From the NCBI GenBank assembly GCA_963708985.1, contig CAVPUQ010000001.1:406663-470662 (forward strand): a stretch of 64,000 nt of DNA, given 5' to 3'. A program made the position numbers and the translations under genes. This stretch comes from an uncultured Actinomycetes bacterium (GTDB lineage Bacteria > Actinomycetota > UBA4738 > HRBIN12). Shown here in pieces: positions 10,943-21,710 of this stretch; within the stretch, counting starts at the first letter, position 1; each line of letters begins with the position of its first letter. The notes under the pieces are model-generated. The model searched no databases, was not told where the DNA came from, and saw nothing but the letters and a program-made list of their open reading frames with translations.

Positions 10943-11686
10943 CTAGGCCGGGGAAGGAGATGCGGTCGTCGAGGGTCCGGGCGACGGAGCAGGGGGCTCG
11001 GCCGCTCGATCCCCGCGCTTCACGTCGAAGGCCGAGATCACCCACGATCCCGGGTCAGCGAGGAAGAGCTGGCCGTGACTCACGATCGTCGTATAGGTGC
11101 CGTCGGTCCGGGTGCCGAACGCGTAGAAGCGGAACTTCACGACCACCGAGGTCGGCGCGTCGTCCTGGTCGAACAGGACGTCGAACTCGAGGCTGCCCTT
11201 CGTCGGCTGGATCTGGTCGTAGACGTCCCCCGCGGTCGCGCCGGCGGTCAGGGTCTCGACGGCCTGCTGCGCCGAGCCCTTCGCGTCGTCCGCGAAGGCC
11301 TCCCACACCTGCGTGTAGTCGCCGTCCTTCCAGTTCTCCGGATCGAGGAACGCGGCCGTGAACAGGTCGTTGAGCATCGGCGTCAGCTGCTCACCGACGC
11401 TCGCCGCCTGCTGGGCGAGCGTCTCCTTGTCGGCCGAGTCGCTCGTCGCCACCGCGCGCGTCTTGCGGATCTTGAACTCCAGCGGCGCGATGGGAGGTGT
11501 GTCGTTGCCGCCATCGATGAAGGGGATCTTGCCGTCACCGCGGGTCAGGAAGAAGACGAGCCCCCCAGCCACGAGCACGAGGACGAGCGGGATGACGACG
11601 AGGGCGCCGGTGTTCCGTTTGCGGTGGCCGCCGCTCCGCGCAGGGCGGTTCGCCGGAACGGGAGGTTGCGGTCTGGTGTCGGTCAA
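10943..11686 (-). CDS. Hypothetical membrane-anchored protein with Pro/Ser/Thr-rich tail
   Basis: Intact ORF (10943-11725; TTG 11686 preferred). Basic stretch plus one TM (ALVVIPLVLVLVAGGLVFFL), alpha/beta-like body, tail PAPSPGPSTTASPSPA. Confidence 0.75.
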   Translation of the reverse strand: MTDTRPQPPVPANRPARSGGHRKRNTGALVVIPLVLVLVAGGLVFFLTRGDGKIPFIDGGNDTPPIAPLEFKIRKTRAVATSDSADKETLAQQAASVGEQLTPMLNDLFTAAFLDPENWKDGDYTQVWEAFADDAKGSAQQAVETLTAGATAGDVYDQIQPTKGSLEFDVLFDQDDAPTSVVVKFRFYAFGTRTDGTYTTIVSHGQLFLADPGSWVISAFDVKRGDRAAEPPAPSPGPSTTASPSPA

Positions 11687-11750
11687 AGCGTCGAGAGGGT
11701 AGCGTCCCGGTACGGACCGCAACAACCGACAGGGCTCTCACCAGGCCGGG

Positions 11751-11808
11751 TACCATGTCCTCTCGATCGAACGGTGTGCCGGGAAGCCTGGTCGGCGACG
11801 AGGGAGCG
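11751..11808 (+). promoter_or_regulatory. nhaA promoter (-10 TACCAT) and short structured 5' leader; candidate cis-regulatory RNA
   Basis: TACCAT 11751-11756; hairpin CCGGG-AAG-CCTGG 11779-11791; CTCTCG (11760-11765) can pair with CGAGGG (11799-11804) overlapping the RBS. Confidence 0.4.
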
Positions 11809-13190
11809 ATGGCGAACGATGCCGCCGGCCCCCCGGGCCTCGAGCCCGGTGTCCGGCAGCCGTGGTCCAGGTCCGAGCGACGGGTGCCCCGCGTCGTCCT
11901 GCAGCCCGTGCAGTCCTTCCTGCTGACCGAGGCCGCCGGCGGCGTCCTGCTGTTGATCGCGACGGCGATCGCGCTCGTGTGGGCGAACTCGCCGTGGGCT
12001 GCGTCCTACGACCGCCTGTGGCACACGGAGCTGACGATCGGGCTCGGGCGTTGGCACCTGTCGTACGACCTCGGCCACTGGGTCAGCGACGGGCTTGATG
12101 ACGCTGTTCTTCCTCGTCGTCGGTCTGGAGATCAAGCGCGAGATGCTCACGGGCGAGCTCCGCGATCCCCGGGCGGCGGCGGTCCCCGTCCTCGCGGCGA
12201 TCGGGGGCATGGTCGTGCCCGCCCTCCTGTTCGTGGTCGTGCCCGCGGGCGGGACCGACGCCCGCGGGCTGGGGGATCCCGATGGCGACCGACATCGCGT
12301 TCGCCGTCGGCATCCTCACGCTCGTCGCGCGCTCGGCACCGCCCGGCCTGAAGCCGTTCCTGCTCACGCTCGCGATCGTCGACGACATCGGGGCCATCCT
12401 CGTGATCGCGCTCTTCTACTCGGGGGGCGTGAGCGCGTCGCCGCTCCTGATCGCCGGCGCCGCGTGCGCCGCGATCGTGGTCCTCCAGCGCATCCACATC
12501 CGGGCGGCGTCGATGTACGTGCTGCTGGGCGTCGTCATCTGGATCGCGACCGCCGAGTCCGGGGTGCATCCGACGATCGCCGGCGTCGTGCTGGGGCTGC
12601 TCACCCCGGCCGTCCCGTTCCAGCGACCGAAGACCGTGAGCCTCGAGGCCCACCGCGTCGCGGACGAGACGGTCGACGACCCCACGCCGCCCGATGTCGA
12701 CGCTCCCTACTGGCTCTACCTGGCCGGGCTGTCACGCGAGGCGGTCTCGCCGCTCGCGCGCGTCGAGTCCCTGCTGCACCCGTGGGTGAGCTTCGTGATC
12801 GTGCCGCTGTTCGCGCTCGCGAACGCCGGAGTGGACCTGTCGGCGAGCGCGCTCAAAGACGCAGCGACCTCCCCGCTCGCGCTCGGGATCCTCCTCGGGC
12901 TCGTGGTCGGCAAGCCCCTCGGCATCACCCTCGCGACGTGGCTGGCGGTCCGCGGCGGTCTCGGCCGATTGCCGCTCGGCGCCGACTGGCGCCACGTCAT
13001 CGGCGTCGGCACGGTCGCCGGCATCGGGTTCACGATCTCGCTGCTGATCACGGATCTCGCGTTCGAGGGCTCCGCGCTCCTGCAGGCGGCGAAGGCCGGC
13101 ATCCTTGCGGCGTCGGTGTTGGCGGCCGTCGTCGGCGCGTTGATCCTCCGCGCGAGACCCGTCCGCGAGGCACGGACCCCTGGGGGTTAG
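11809..13190 (+). CDS. nhaA: Na+/H+ antiporter NhaA (frameshifts near 12095 and 12270)
   Basis: [72 protein letters not shown]. Confidence 0.95.
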
Positions 13191-13226
13191 GCTCCCCTCG
13201 AACCCATGCGGACGGAGGTAGCTCCG

Positions 13227-13673
13227 ATGAGAGCTCGGAACATCGCGAGCCGGCACTTCACCGTTGCGGCGGATGCGCCGGCTTCGGAAGCCGCCGGCAT
13301 CTTGTCCCGCCTGGACGTGCGCGCGGTGCTCGTCGTCCATGCCGACGGGCGGCTCGCCGGCGTCCTGTCCGACAGTCGCCTGCTGGCGACGCTGCTGCCC
13401 GACTACGTGGAGGAGGATGCCGTGCTCGCGCGCGTGCTCGAGGAGGACGCCGGCGAGTCCTTGTGGCGGCGGCTCGAGGGACGCACGGCCGCCGACCTCC
13501 TGGACTGGCACGAAGGGCCCCGTCCCGAGGTCGACGGCGATGCCCGGCTCATCGAGGTTGCCGCGATGATGGTCCGTACGCGGCTGTCGCTCGTCGGTGT
13601 CCGGGACGAGGGCCAGCTGATCGGCGGGATCTCGATCGACGATCTCCTCACCCATCTGTTGCGAGCTCGATGA
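13227..13673 (+). CDS. CBS domain-containing protein
   Basis: RBS GGAGG at 13214-13218. Two CBS-like repeats ([16 protein letters not shown]; [20 protein letters not shown]). ATGA overlap with the next gene. Confidence 0.85.
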   Translation: MRARNIASRHFTVAADAPASEAAGILSRLDVRAVLVVHADGRLAGVLSDSRLLATLLPDYVEEDAVLARVLEEDAGESLWRRLEGRTAADLLDWHEGPRPEVDGDARLIEVAAMMVRTRLSLVGVRDEGQLIGGISIDDLLTHLLRAR

Positions 13674-14957
13674 ACGAGGTCATCGCGATCGTCGTCTTCG
13701 TCGGCGCGTACACGCTGATCGCGACCGAATGGGTCCACCGCGTCGTCGTAGCGCTGGCGGGCGCCGGACTGATGCTCCTGTTCCAGATCGTGGACGCTCG
13801 GGAAGCATTCAGCTCCGACCGGTTCGGCATCGACTGGAACGTCATCTTCCTGCTGCTCGGGATGATGGTCATCGTCGGGGTCCTGCGGCACACGGGTCTC
13901 TTCGAGTACCTGGCGATATGGGCGGCGAAGAAGGCGCGGGGCCGGCCGTACCGCGGTGCTCGCGCTCCTCGTCCTGATCACGGGGGTCGCGTCGGCGCTC
14001 CTGGACAACGTGACCACCGTGCTGCTCGTCGCACCGGTGACGGTGCTCATCTGCGAGCGCCTGGGCGTCCCGCCGGTTCCGTTCCTGATCGCCGAGGCGC
14101 TCGCCTCGAACATCGGCGGCACGGCCACGCTCGTCGGCGATCCGCCGAACATCATCATCGCGAGCGAGGCGGGCCTGTCCTACATCGACTTCCTGGTCAA
14201 CATCGGGCCGCTCGTCCTGATCCTGCTCGCGGTCTACCTCGGGATCGCCCGGTGGCAGTTCCGCGGCGCGCTCGAGTACCACGCGGAACGCGTCCGCGAG
14301 GTCATGAGCCTGGACGAGCGCGAGGCGCTCGTGCGAGGGCCGCTCCTCCCTCGCGCGCTCGCGGTGCTCGGTGTCGTGACGGCCGGGTTCCTGCTCCAGG
14401 AAGTACTCGGGTACGAGCCGGCGGTCGTCGCGCTCCTCGGCGGGGGGGTGCTGCTCCTGATCGCGCGCGAGGAGCCGACCGTGTACCTGCGCGAGGTGGA
14501 GTGGCACACGCTCGTGTTCTTCATGGGCCTGTTCATCATGGTCGGCGCCCTAGTGAAGGTCGGCGTCATCGACCGCCTGGCCGAGCGCGCGATCGGGCTG
14601 GTCGACGGCCATCTGTGGCTCGCGGTCGTGCTGCTGGTGTTGATCTCGGGGATCCTGTCGGGGATCGTCGACAACATCCCCTACGTGGCGACGATGGCGC
14701 CGCTCGTCGCGCAGCTCGCTCACTCGATCCCGGGCGACGCCGTCGTGCTGTGGTGGGCGCTCGCGATCGGGGCAGATCTAGGCGGCAACGCGACCTCGAT
14801 CGGCGCGAGCGCCAACGTCGTCGTGCTCGGTCTGTCCGAGCGCTCGGGTCACCGCATCCGCTTCGTCGAGTGGCTGCGGTACGGCGTGCCCGTCACGGCG
14901 ATCACGCTGGTGGTTTCGCTCGCGTACCTGTGGGTGCGGTACTTCCTGCTCGCCTGA
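13670..14957 (+). CDS. ArsB/NhaD/SLC13-family ion transporter (frameshift near 13950)
   Basis: [83 protein letters not shown]. Confidence 0.92.
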
Positions 14958-15006
14958 AGGATCGGCTCCGGCGTCTTCCCGCAGGTCACGCCCCATGCGT
15001 TCTTCC

Positions 15007-15081
15007 TATACTGCCCCGGGTCCCGGCTCCGGCGGGGCGCCCTGACGACGAGATCGCTTCCCCGAACGCCGACCGAGGAGG
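15007..15081 (+). promoter_or_regulatory. Candidate hppA promoter -10 and RBS
   Basis: TATACT 15007-15012; GAGGAGG about 15075-15081; TTG start 15088. Confidence 0.5.
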
Positions 15082-15087
15082 TTCCAG

Positions 15088-17349
15088 TTGTTCGGTGTCC
15101 TGGCCCAGGAGGGCGGCCCGATCGAGGCCGTCTTCGGCAACTTCGAGACCAACGCGCTGTGGGTGATCCTCGTGATCTCGCTGTGCGCGCTGGCCTTCGC
15201 CTACTACCTCGTACGTGAAGTGCTCGGCGCCCCTGAGGGCACCGACAAGATGAAGGAGATCGCCCGAGCGATCCAGGAGGGCGCGAGCGCATACCTGAAG
15301 CGTCAGTTCAGCACCCTCGGGATCTTCCTCGCGCTCCTGACGGTGCTGCTGTTCATCGTGCTCCCGACGCCGGCGAACGCCGCGCACTCGGCCTTCTCGA
15401 TCCGGTTCGGGCGCTCGCTGGCATTCATCTTGGGCGCGGTGTTCTCGGCGACGACCGGGTTCGTGGGGATGTGGCTCGCCGTCCGCGCGAACGTCCGCAC
15501 CGCGAATGCCGCTCGCGAGTCCGGCCTGCGCAAGGCGATGCGGATCGCGTTCCGCGCCGGCGGCGTGGCCGGCATGTTCACGGTCGGCCTCGGGCTCTTC
15601 GGCGCGACGGTCATCCTGCTCGTCTACAAGCAGCGATGCGACGTCGGTGCTGGTCGGCTTCGGGTTCGGTGGCGCGCTCCTCGCGATGTTCATGCGGGTC
15701 GGCGGCGGCATCTTCACGAAGGCCGCGGACGTCGGCGCGGACCTCGTCGGCAAGGTCGAGCAGGGCATCCCGGAGGACGACCCGCGCAACGCGGCCACGA
15801 TCGCGGACAACGTCGGGGACAACGTCGGTGACTGCGCCGGGATGGCGGCCGACCTGTTCGAGTCCTACGAGGTCACCCTCGTCGCCTCGTTGATCCTCGG
15901 CGCTGCGGCGTACAGCGGCTCCGAGGTCGGTGCGATCGCCGGCGTGATGTTCCCGCTGTTCGTCCGCGCGGTCGGCGTCATCACCTCGATCATCGGGATC
16001 CTCGCGGTCTCGCCACGCTCCGAGGAGGAGCACGGCATGAAGGCCATCAACCGCGGGTTCTTCCTGTCGGCGGCGGTCTCGGCGGCGGCCGTCTTCGTGA
16101 TCTCGAGCATCTACATGAAGGACGTCCGGCCGGCTGTTGCCGTCCTGTTCGGGCTGATCCTCGCGAGCGTGATCCAGGTGCTCACGCAGTACTTCACCGA
16201 CACGAAGCACAAGCCGGTGCAGGAGATCGCCGAGGCCGACGCAGACGGGCCCGGCGACGACGATCCTGTCAGGTTTCTCGGTCGGCCTGGAGTCCACCGT
16301 CTGGTCGCTCATCGTGATCGTCGGCGCGGTGGTCGGCGCGTTCCTGCTCGGCGATTCGACGGCCGAGCGCCTGTACTTCATCTCGCTCGACCGGCATGGG
16401 CATGCTCACGACCGTCGGCGTCATCGTCTCGATGGACACCTACGGACCGATCTCGGACAACGCGCAAGGCATCGCCGAGATGTCGGGCGAGTTCGAGGGC
16501 AAGCCCGCGAAGATCCTCGGGGGCCTGGACGCCATCGGGAACTCGACCAAGGCGATCACGAAGGGCATGGCGATCGCGACCGCGGTGATCGCGGCGACCT
16601 CGCTGTTCGGCTCGTTCGAGGAGGCCCTGAAGGAGGCCGGGTTCGACTTCGACGGCATCCGCGTCGACCGACCCGACGTGCTCGTCGGGCTGCTCGTCGG
16701 CGGCTCGATCGCGTTCTTGTTCTCCTCGCTCGCGATCCGCGCCGTCGGCCGTGCTGCCTCACAGGTCGTGGTGGAGGTCCGCAACCAGTTCCGCGACCAC
16801 CCCGGCATCATGACCTTCGAGGAGAAGCCGGACTACGCGAGCGTGGTCGACATCTGCACGAAGACCTCGCTGCGCGAGCTGATGACCCCCGGTCTGCTGG
16901 CGGTGCTCTCACCGATCATCGTCGGGTTCTTCCTCGAGGGCCGAGGCGCTCGGCGCGTTCCTCGCCGGCGCGATCCTCACCGGCCAGCTCCTCGCGGTCA
17001 TGCTCTCCAACTCGGGCGGCGCGTGGGACAACGCGAAGAAGTACATCGAGGAGGGCCACTACGGCGGCAAGGGCTCGGAGCGGCACAAGGCCGCCGTCAT
17101 CGGCGACACGGTCGGCGATCCGTTCAAGGACACGGCCGGTCCGGCGCTGAACCCGATGATCAAGGTGATGAACCTCGTCGCGCTGCTCCTCGCGCCGCTC
17201 GTGGTCGAGCACGCGGACGACACGGTGCTGCGGATCGTGGTCGGCCTCGTCGCGGTGGCCGTGGTCGGCGCGGCGGTCTACGTCTCGAAGACGCGGAAGT
17301 CCGAGCTGATGACGTCGCCCGACCGAAGGAGGAGGCCCTCGTCTCGTAG
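15088..17349 (+). CDS. hppA: Membrane-bound H+-translocating pyrophosphatase, K+-independent type (frameshifted)
   Basis: [72 protein letters not shown] (Lys variant), [23 protein letters not shown]. Confidence 0.95.
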
Positions 17350-17382
17350 GGGCGGCGGCCTCGTCGGGGAGCGTGGGGTGGC

Positions 17383-17752
17383 ATGAGCGTGCTCGAGCGG
17401 CGTGCGCCGCTTCTTCCACCGCATGGCGGAGAGCGACGAGCAGCGCCTGCGCGAGGAGATACAGGCGTGGGCCTCGAGCATCCCCGGCACCGCGACGATC
17501 GCCGACGCACCGAGCCGTACGCCGGTGAAGCTCGCCGGGGTCGTGAAGCGCATCACGGTCCACCCGGAGCACGGGCTCGAGGCGCTCGAGGCGCTGCTCA
17601 CGGACGGGACGGGCGAGATGTCCGTGCTGTGGATGGGACGCAGGGCGATCCCGGGGCTCACGCTCGGTACCAGGGTCGTGGTCCAGGGTGTCGTGGGCGA
17701 GCAGCGGCAGGGCCGCCGCATGGTGAACCCGAGCTTCGAATTCAGCGCCTGA
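17383..17752 (+). CDS. OB-fold nucleic-acid-binding domain protein (RecG-wedge-like; Rv2694c-type)
   Basis: [31 protein letters not shown]...MVNPSFE. One indel near 17400. Confidence 0.8.
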
Positions 17753-17798
17753 CGCTCCTGCTCGCCAGGCCCCTGGCCCGAGTGGTCGAGCCTGACCG

Positions 17799-18515
17799 CT
17801 AGATCGCGCCGGCGCTGCCGCCCTCGGGGGACGGGCTACCGCCCGGCATCCCCTCGCCGACGATGGCGAGTCGAAGAGCCGGCTCGGCCTCGGCGGAGGA
17901 AAGCGCGAGGACCTCGTCGCCCGCGGTGACCACCGTCTCGGGCTGGGGGATGACCACGTGGCCCTCGCGGAGCACCGCGACGATCGCGGCGTCCGTGGGC
18001 AGGCGGAGCTCATACAGCGGGCGGCCCGCGTTCGGCGAGTGATCCGGGATCGTGACCTCGACGAGCGCGATCCGTCCGCCTTCCAGGCGGAGCAGCCGCA
18101 CGAGGTCGCCGACCGTCACGGCCTCCTCGACCAGCGCGGTCATCAGGTGCGGGATCGAGACCGCCTGGTCCACTCCCCACTGCTCGCTGAACATCCACTC
18201 GTTCCGTGGGTGGTTCACACGGGCGAGCACGCGGGGCACTCCGAACTCCTGCTTCGCGAGCAGCGAGATGACCAGGTTGTCCTCGTCGTCACCGGTCGCG
18301 GCGACGACGACATCCGCCGTGCGGAGCTCGGCCTTCTCGAGCACCCAAGGCTCGCACGCGTCGCCGAGGATGAACTCCACATCTGGCGCCCAATCCACCG
18401 CGATCTCCAGGTGCCGAGGGTCCTGCTCGACGAGGACCACGTCGTGGCCCCGCGCCTTCAGGTCGCCGGCGAGGTGACGCCCGACCGCCCCCGCCCCCGC
18501 GATCACGGTGCGCAT
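17799..18515 (-). CDS. trkA: TrkA-family K+ uptake regulatory protein (RCK_N + RCK_C)
   Basis: MRTVIAGAGAVG, GDACEPWVLEKA, ATGDDEDNLVISLLAKQEFGVPRVLARVN; intact ORF. Confidence 0.93.
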   Translation of the reverse strand: MRTVIAGAGAVGRHLAGDLKARGHDVVLVEQDPRHLEIAVDWAPDVEFILGDACEPWVLEKAELRTADVVVAATGDDEDNLVISLLAKQEFGVPRVLARVNHPRNEWMFSEQWGVDQAVSIPHLMTALVEEAVTVGDLVRLLRLEGGRIALVEVTIPDHSPNAGRPLYELRLPTDAAIVAVLREGHVVIPQPETVVTAGDEVLALSSAEAEPALRLAIVGEGMPGGSPSPEGGSAGAI

Positions 18516-19174
18516 CAGTGCTCTCCGATCGGGGTCATGAGCTCGTCGAGCAGGTCCATCGCGTCCTTGTGCACGATGACGTGCACGGTGTCGCCGTCTT
18601 GGAACGTGCTGGTCGGGACCGGGATGAAGCCGGATCCGCCGCGGTCGACGCCGGCGACGAGCACCTTGCCCTCGGCGGCGAGCTCGGAGACCTGCTTGCC
18701 GACCAAGTGCGGAGGCACGGCGAGCCGCATACGGAAGAGGTCGCCGCCCGCCAGGCTCTCACGGATCTCCTCACGCGGGTGGGTGAGCATGAGGATCATC
18801 TGCTTCACGCCCCAGCGCGTGGTGGAGACCGTGGGGATGTTCAGACGCTCGTAGATGTCGGCCCGGTAGGGGTCGTAGATCCTGGCGATGACCATCGGCA
18901 CGCGGTAGTGCTCGCGCGCCACTCGCGCCGAGACGATGTTCGAGTTGTCGCCGCTCGAGACCGCGAGGAAGGCGTCGGCATCGCGGATCCCGGCCTCCTC
19001 GAGCACGCTGCGGTCGAAGCCGAGCCCCACGACGGTCTTCGCCTTGAAGTCGGGCGGAAGGCGATCGAACGCGCTCGCGTTCTTGTCGATCACCGAGACC
19101 CGGTGTTCCGCCTTGCAGAGCTCCTGCGTCAGCAGGATCCCCACGCGGCCGCAGCCCATGATGACGACCTTCAT
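18515..19174 (-). CDS. trkA: TrkA-family K+ uptake regulatory protein
   Basis: MKVVIMGCGRVG, VSSGDNSNIVSARVARE, ARIYDPYRADIYERLNIPTV; stop overlaps start of the second trkA. Confidence 0.93.
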   Translation of the reverse strand: MKVVIMGCGRVGILLTQELCKAEHRVSVIDKNASAFDRLPPDFKAKTVVGLGFDRSVLEEAGIRDADAFLAVSSGDNSNIVSARVAREHYRVPMVIARIYDPYRADIYERLNIPTVSTTRWGVKQMILMLTHPREEIRESLAGGDLFRMRLAVPPHLVGKQVSELAAEGKVLVAGVDRGGSGFIPVPTSTFQDGDTVHVIVHKDAMDLLDELMTPIGEH

Positions 19175-19181
19175 CGGTGCG

Positions 19182-21611
19182 TCAGCGTACTGCCTGCCCG
19201 GTGGGCACGTCAGCGGGCCGAGCGGGCGGGAGGTGCTTCGTGAAGAAGTACGGCACCACCGCGATGTCCACGTGCTCGTAGCGTCCGAGCGCCTGGAGGA
19301 TCCGTCGGCTGGTGCGGTCATGCAGGAGCCGGCCGCGGAGCTGGGCGTGGTCGCGCCGGGGCATGACGACCGTGATCTCGCGGCCACGCCCCACGAGCTC
19401 GGCGACGTACCGCTCGAGCGCCCTCGCGACGTGGCGATCCCAGCACTCGATCACGTCGAGCTGAACGGGCACGCCGAGTTCCATCCATCGCCTGATGAGC
19501 GTCTCCTGCTTGTCGTGGTCGACGGCGGCATGCACGGCCCAGACATCGTCCGCGCCGAGCGACAGCGCGTACCGGATCGCCCGGAACGTCGCCCGGTCCG
19601 CTCGGTCCACCAGGACGACGACCTCGTGCGCGAACCGTGGGGACAGACGCAAACGCTCCTTGCCGTCCCGGACCTCGGTGATCGGATGCCCCGCGCCAGG
19701 GTGGTCGCGGACAAGCGTGATCCGCGCGTTCACGTTCGGGAGCAGGACCCTCGCGAGACGGGCGCCCTCGCGCCACCGGCGCAGCCGTTCGCTGGTGCCC
19801 ATCTGGGCAGGACCGGGGAGGATCACGTTCACCTCGGCTCCCGATGGGAGCGCCGCGACGTAGCCGGCGATCGCGCTGGACGGGTCACCCTCGCCCCGGA
19901 CGACGTAGAGCGGCACGCCGCTCACGAGATCCAGCCAGGCACGCTCCAGCTCGGCGGTCGTGGCAGGATCGTCGCTCGAGGTGCACGGCGCGGACCTCGG
20001 CCGCCTTGATGGTCTTCGCGTACTGGAGGGCATGCGTCGTCTTGCGGTCGAGCGCGTCGACGAGCACGATCGCGACGGGTGGCCCCTGTCGACTGGTGTC
20101 GAAGGGCTCGAGCTCCTCGTCGAGCTCCTCGTGCTCCCGCTCGTATCGGCGGTTCAGCCGGACGAGGAGCCACACCATGATCGGCACGAACACCATCACG
20201 GCCCACGCGCCGTGCGAGAACTTCGTGAACGCCACGACGACGGCCACCACGGCGGTCGTCAGCGCACCGACGGCGTTGATCGCGAGGCCGTGCCGCCACC
20301 CCGGCTCTCGGACTCGGAGGTGGCGCTTCGCCATGCCCGCCTGCGAGAGCGTGAACGACGTGAAGACGCCGATCGCGTAGAGCGGGATCAGGCGGTGCAC
20401 GTCGGCACGGAACGCCACGACCAGGCCGGTTGCGGCGATCGCGAGCCCGACGATCCCGTTCGAGAAGACCAGTCGATGGCCCCTCGTCGTGAACTGGCGA
20501 GGCATGAACGCGTCGCCGGCGGCGAAGTTCGCGAGGCGCGGGAAGTCCGCGAACGAGGTGTTCGCGGCAAGGATGAGGATCAGGGTGGTCGCGACCTGCA
20601 GGCAGAGGAACAAGGCGAACCCGACCGAGCCACGCGCCGAACACCACGCGACCCGACCTGCGGAGATCACGGTCTTCGTCCTCCGTCGGCACGACCTGGA
20701 GCCGATACGCCAGGAACGATAGGCCGAGGAACATCACGCCGAGCAGGCTCCCCATCCACATCAGCGTCGTTCGAGCGTTCTTCCATTCGGGCGGCTTGGA
20801 ACGCGGGGATGCCGTTCGAGATCGCCTCGACGCCGGTCACCGCAGCGCCCACCCGAGGCGAACGCGTGGAGGACGAGGAAGATCCCGATCGCACCGGTCG
20901 TTCCCGAGCGCTTCGTCCGGGAGCGGGAGCGGGTGCAGGGTCCCGTGGCGGCCGCGGATCGACGCCCGTGACCGAGCAGGACGAACATGGTCACGATGAA
21001 GAAGTACGTAGGGATCGCGAACATGCGGCCCGATTCCCGCACGCCGCGCAGGTTGCCCCAGGCGATGAACCAGATGCACAGCACCGAGATCTCGACCCGG
21101 TACGGGAAGAGCCCCGGAGCGGCGGAGGTGACGGCTGCCACGCCGGCCGAGATCGAGACGCTGACGGTCAGCACGTAGTCGGTGAGCAGGGCGACGCCGG
21201 CGACCTGGGCCGGGACGAGTCCGAAGTTGTCCTTGGTGACGATGTACGCGCCGCCCGCGCTGGGGTACGCCTTGATCGTCTGACGGTAGGAGAACAGCAA
21301 GATCGCGAGGACCGTGAGGATCGCCGAACGTCACGGGCATCAAGAGCGAGAATGCCGCGACGCCCGACGATGGGCACCCCGACCTTCAGGATCTCCTCGG
21401 TGGCGTAGGCGACGGAGGAGAGGTTGTCGGACGCGAAGACCGCGAGCGCCGTGCGGCTTGCCGAGCCGTTCGTGCGCGAGGTGCGAGGTCGGCAGGACCG
21501 GCCCGAGGATCGGCCGCTTAGGGTAGGCGCCGGGGCCGATGCCCTCGCGGCGAGCCTCCCTTCGTCGTAGTCCGGAACTCGGAGTCTTGTCGAGGTGGCC
21601 ATCACGGGCAT
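19182..21611 (-). CDS. KimA-like APC/KUP-family K+/H+ symporter #1 with duplicated cytoplasmic domain (frameshifted)
   Basis: VFASDNLSSVAYATEE, SYRQTIKAYPSAGGAYIV, DYVLTVSVS, GNLRGVRESG, TGVEAISNG, ANTSFADFPRL, two C-terminal alpha/beta repeats. Confidence 0.88.
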
Positions 21612-21644
21612 ACGCTCTCCATCCACGAGGTGTCGGGCTCGACC

Positions 21645-21704
21645 GCGTAAGCGCTGCGTGAAGGCGGCGGGCTGACCGTGAAGAAGCCGTAAAGGAGCTA
21701 CCGT
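21645..21704. promoter_or_regulatory. Two pairs of 11-bp-spaced direct repeats (candidate KdpE/OmpR-type boxes) and -10 of leaderless kdpD-like gene
   Basis: CGTAAG(21646)/CGTGAAG(21657) and CGTGAAG(21677)/CGTAAAG(21688); TACCGT 21699-21704 lies 6 nt before ATG 21711. Confidence 0.55.
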
Positions 21705-21710
21705 GAGGGC

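Noticed and set aside
12095-15166. 1023-aa ORF apparently fusing NhaA with the ArsB/NhaD transporter
   Set aside because: Chance frame continuity created by indels; the separate genes have their own starts, stops and overlaps.
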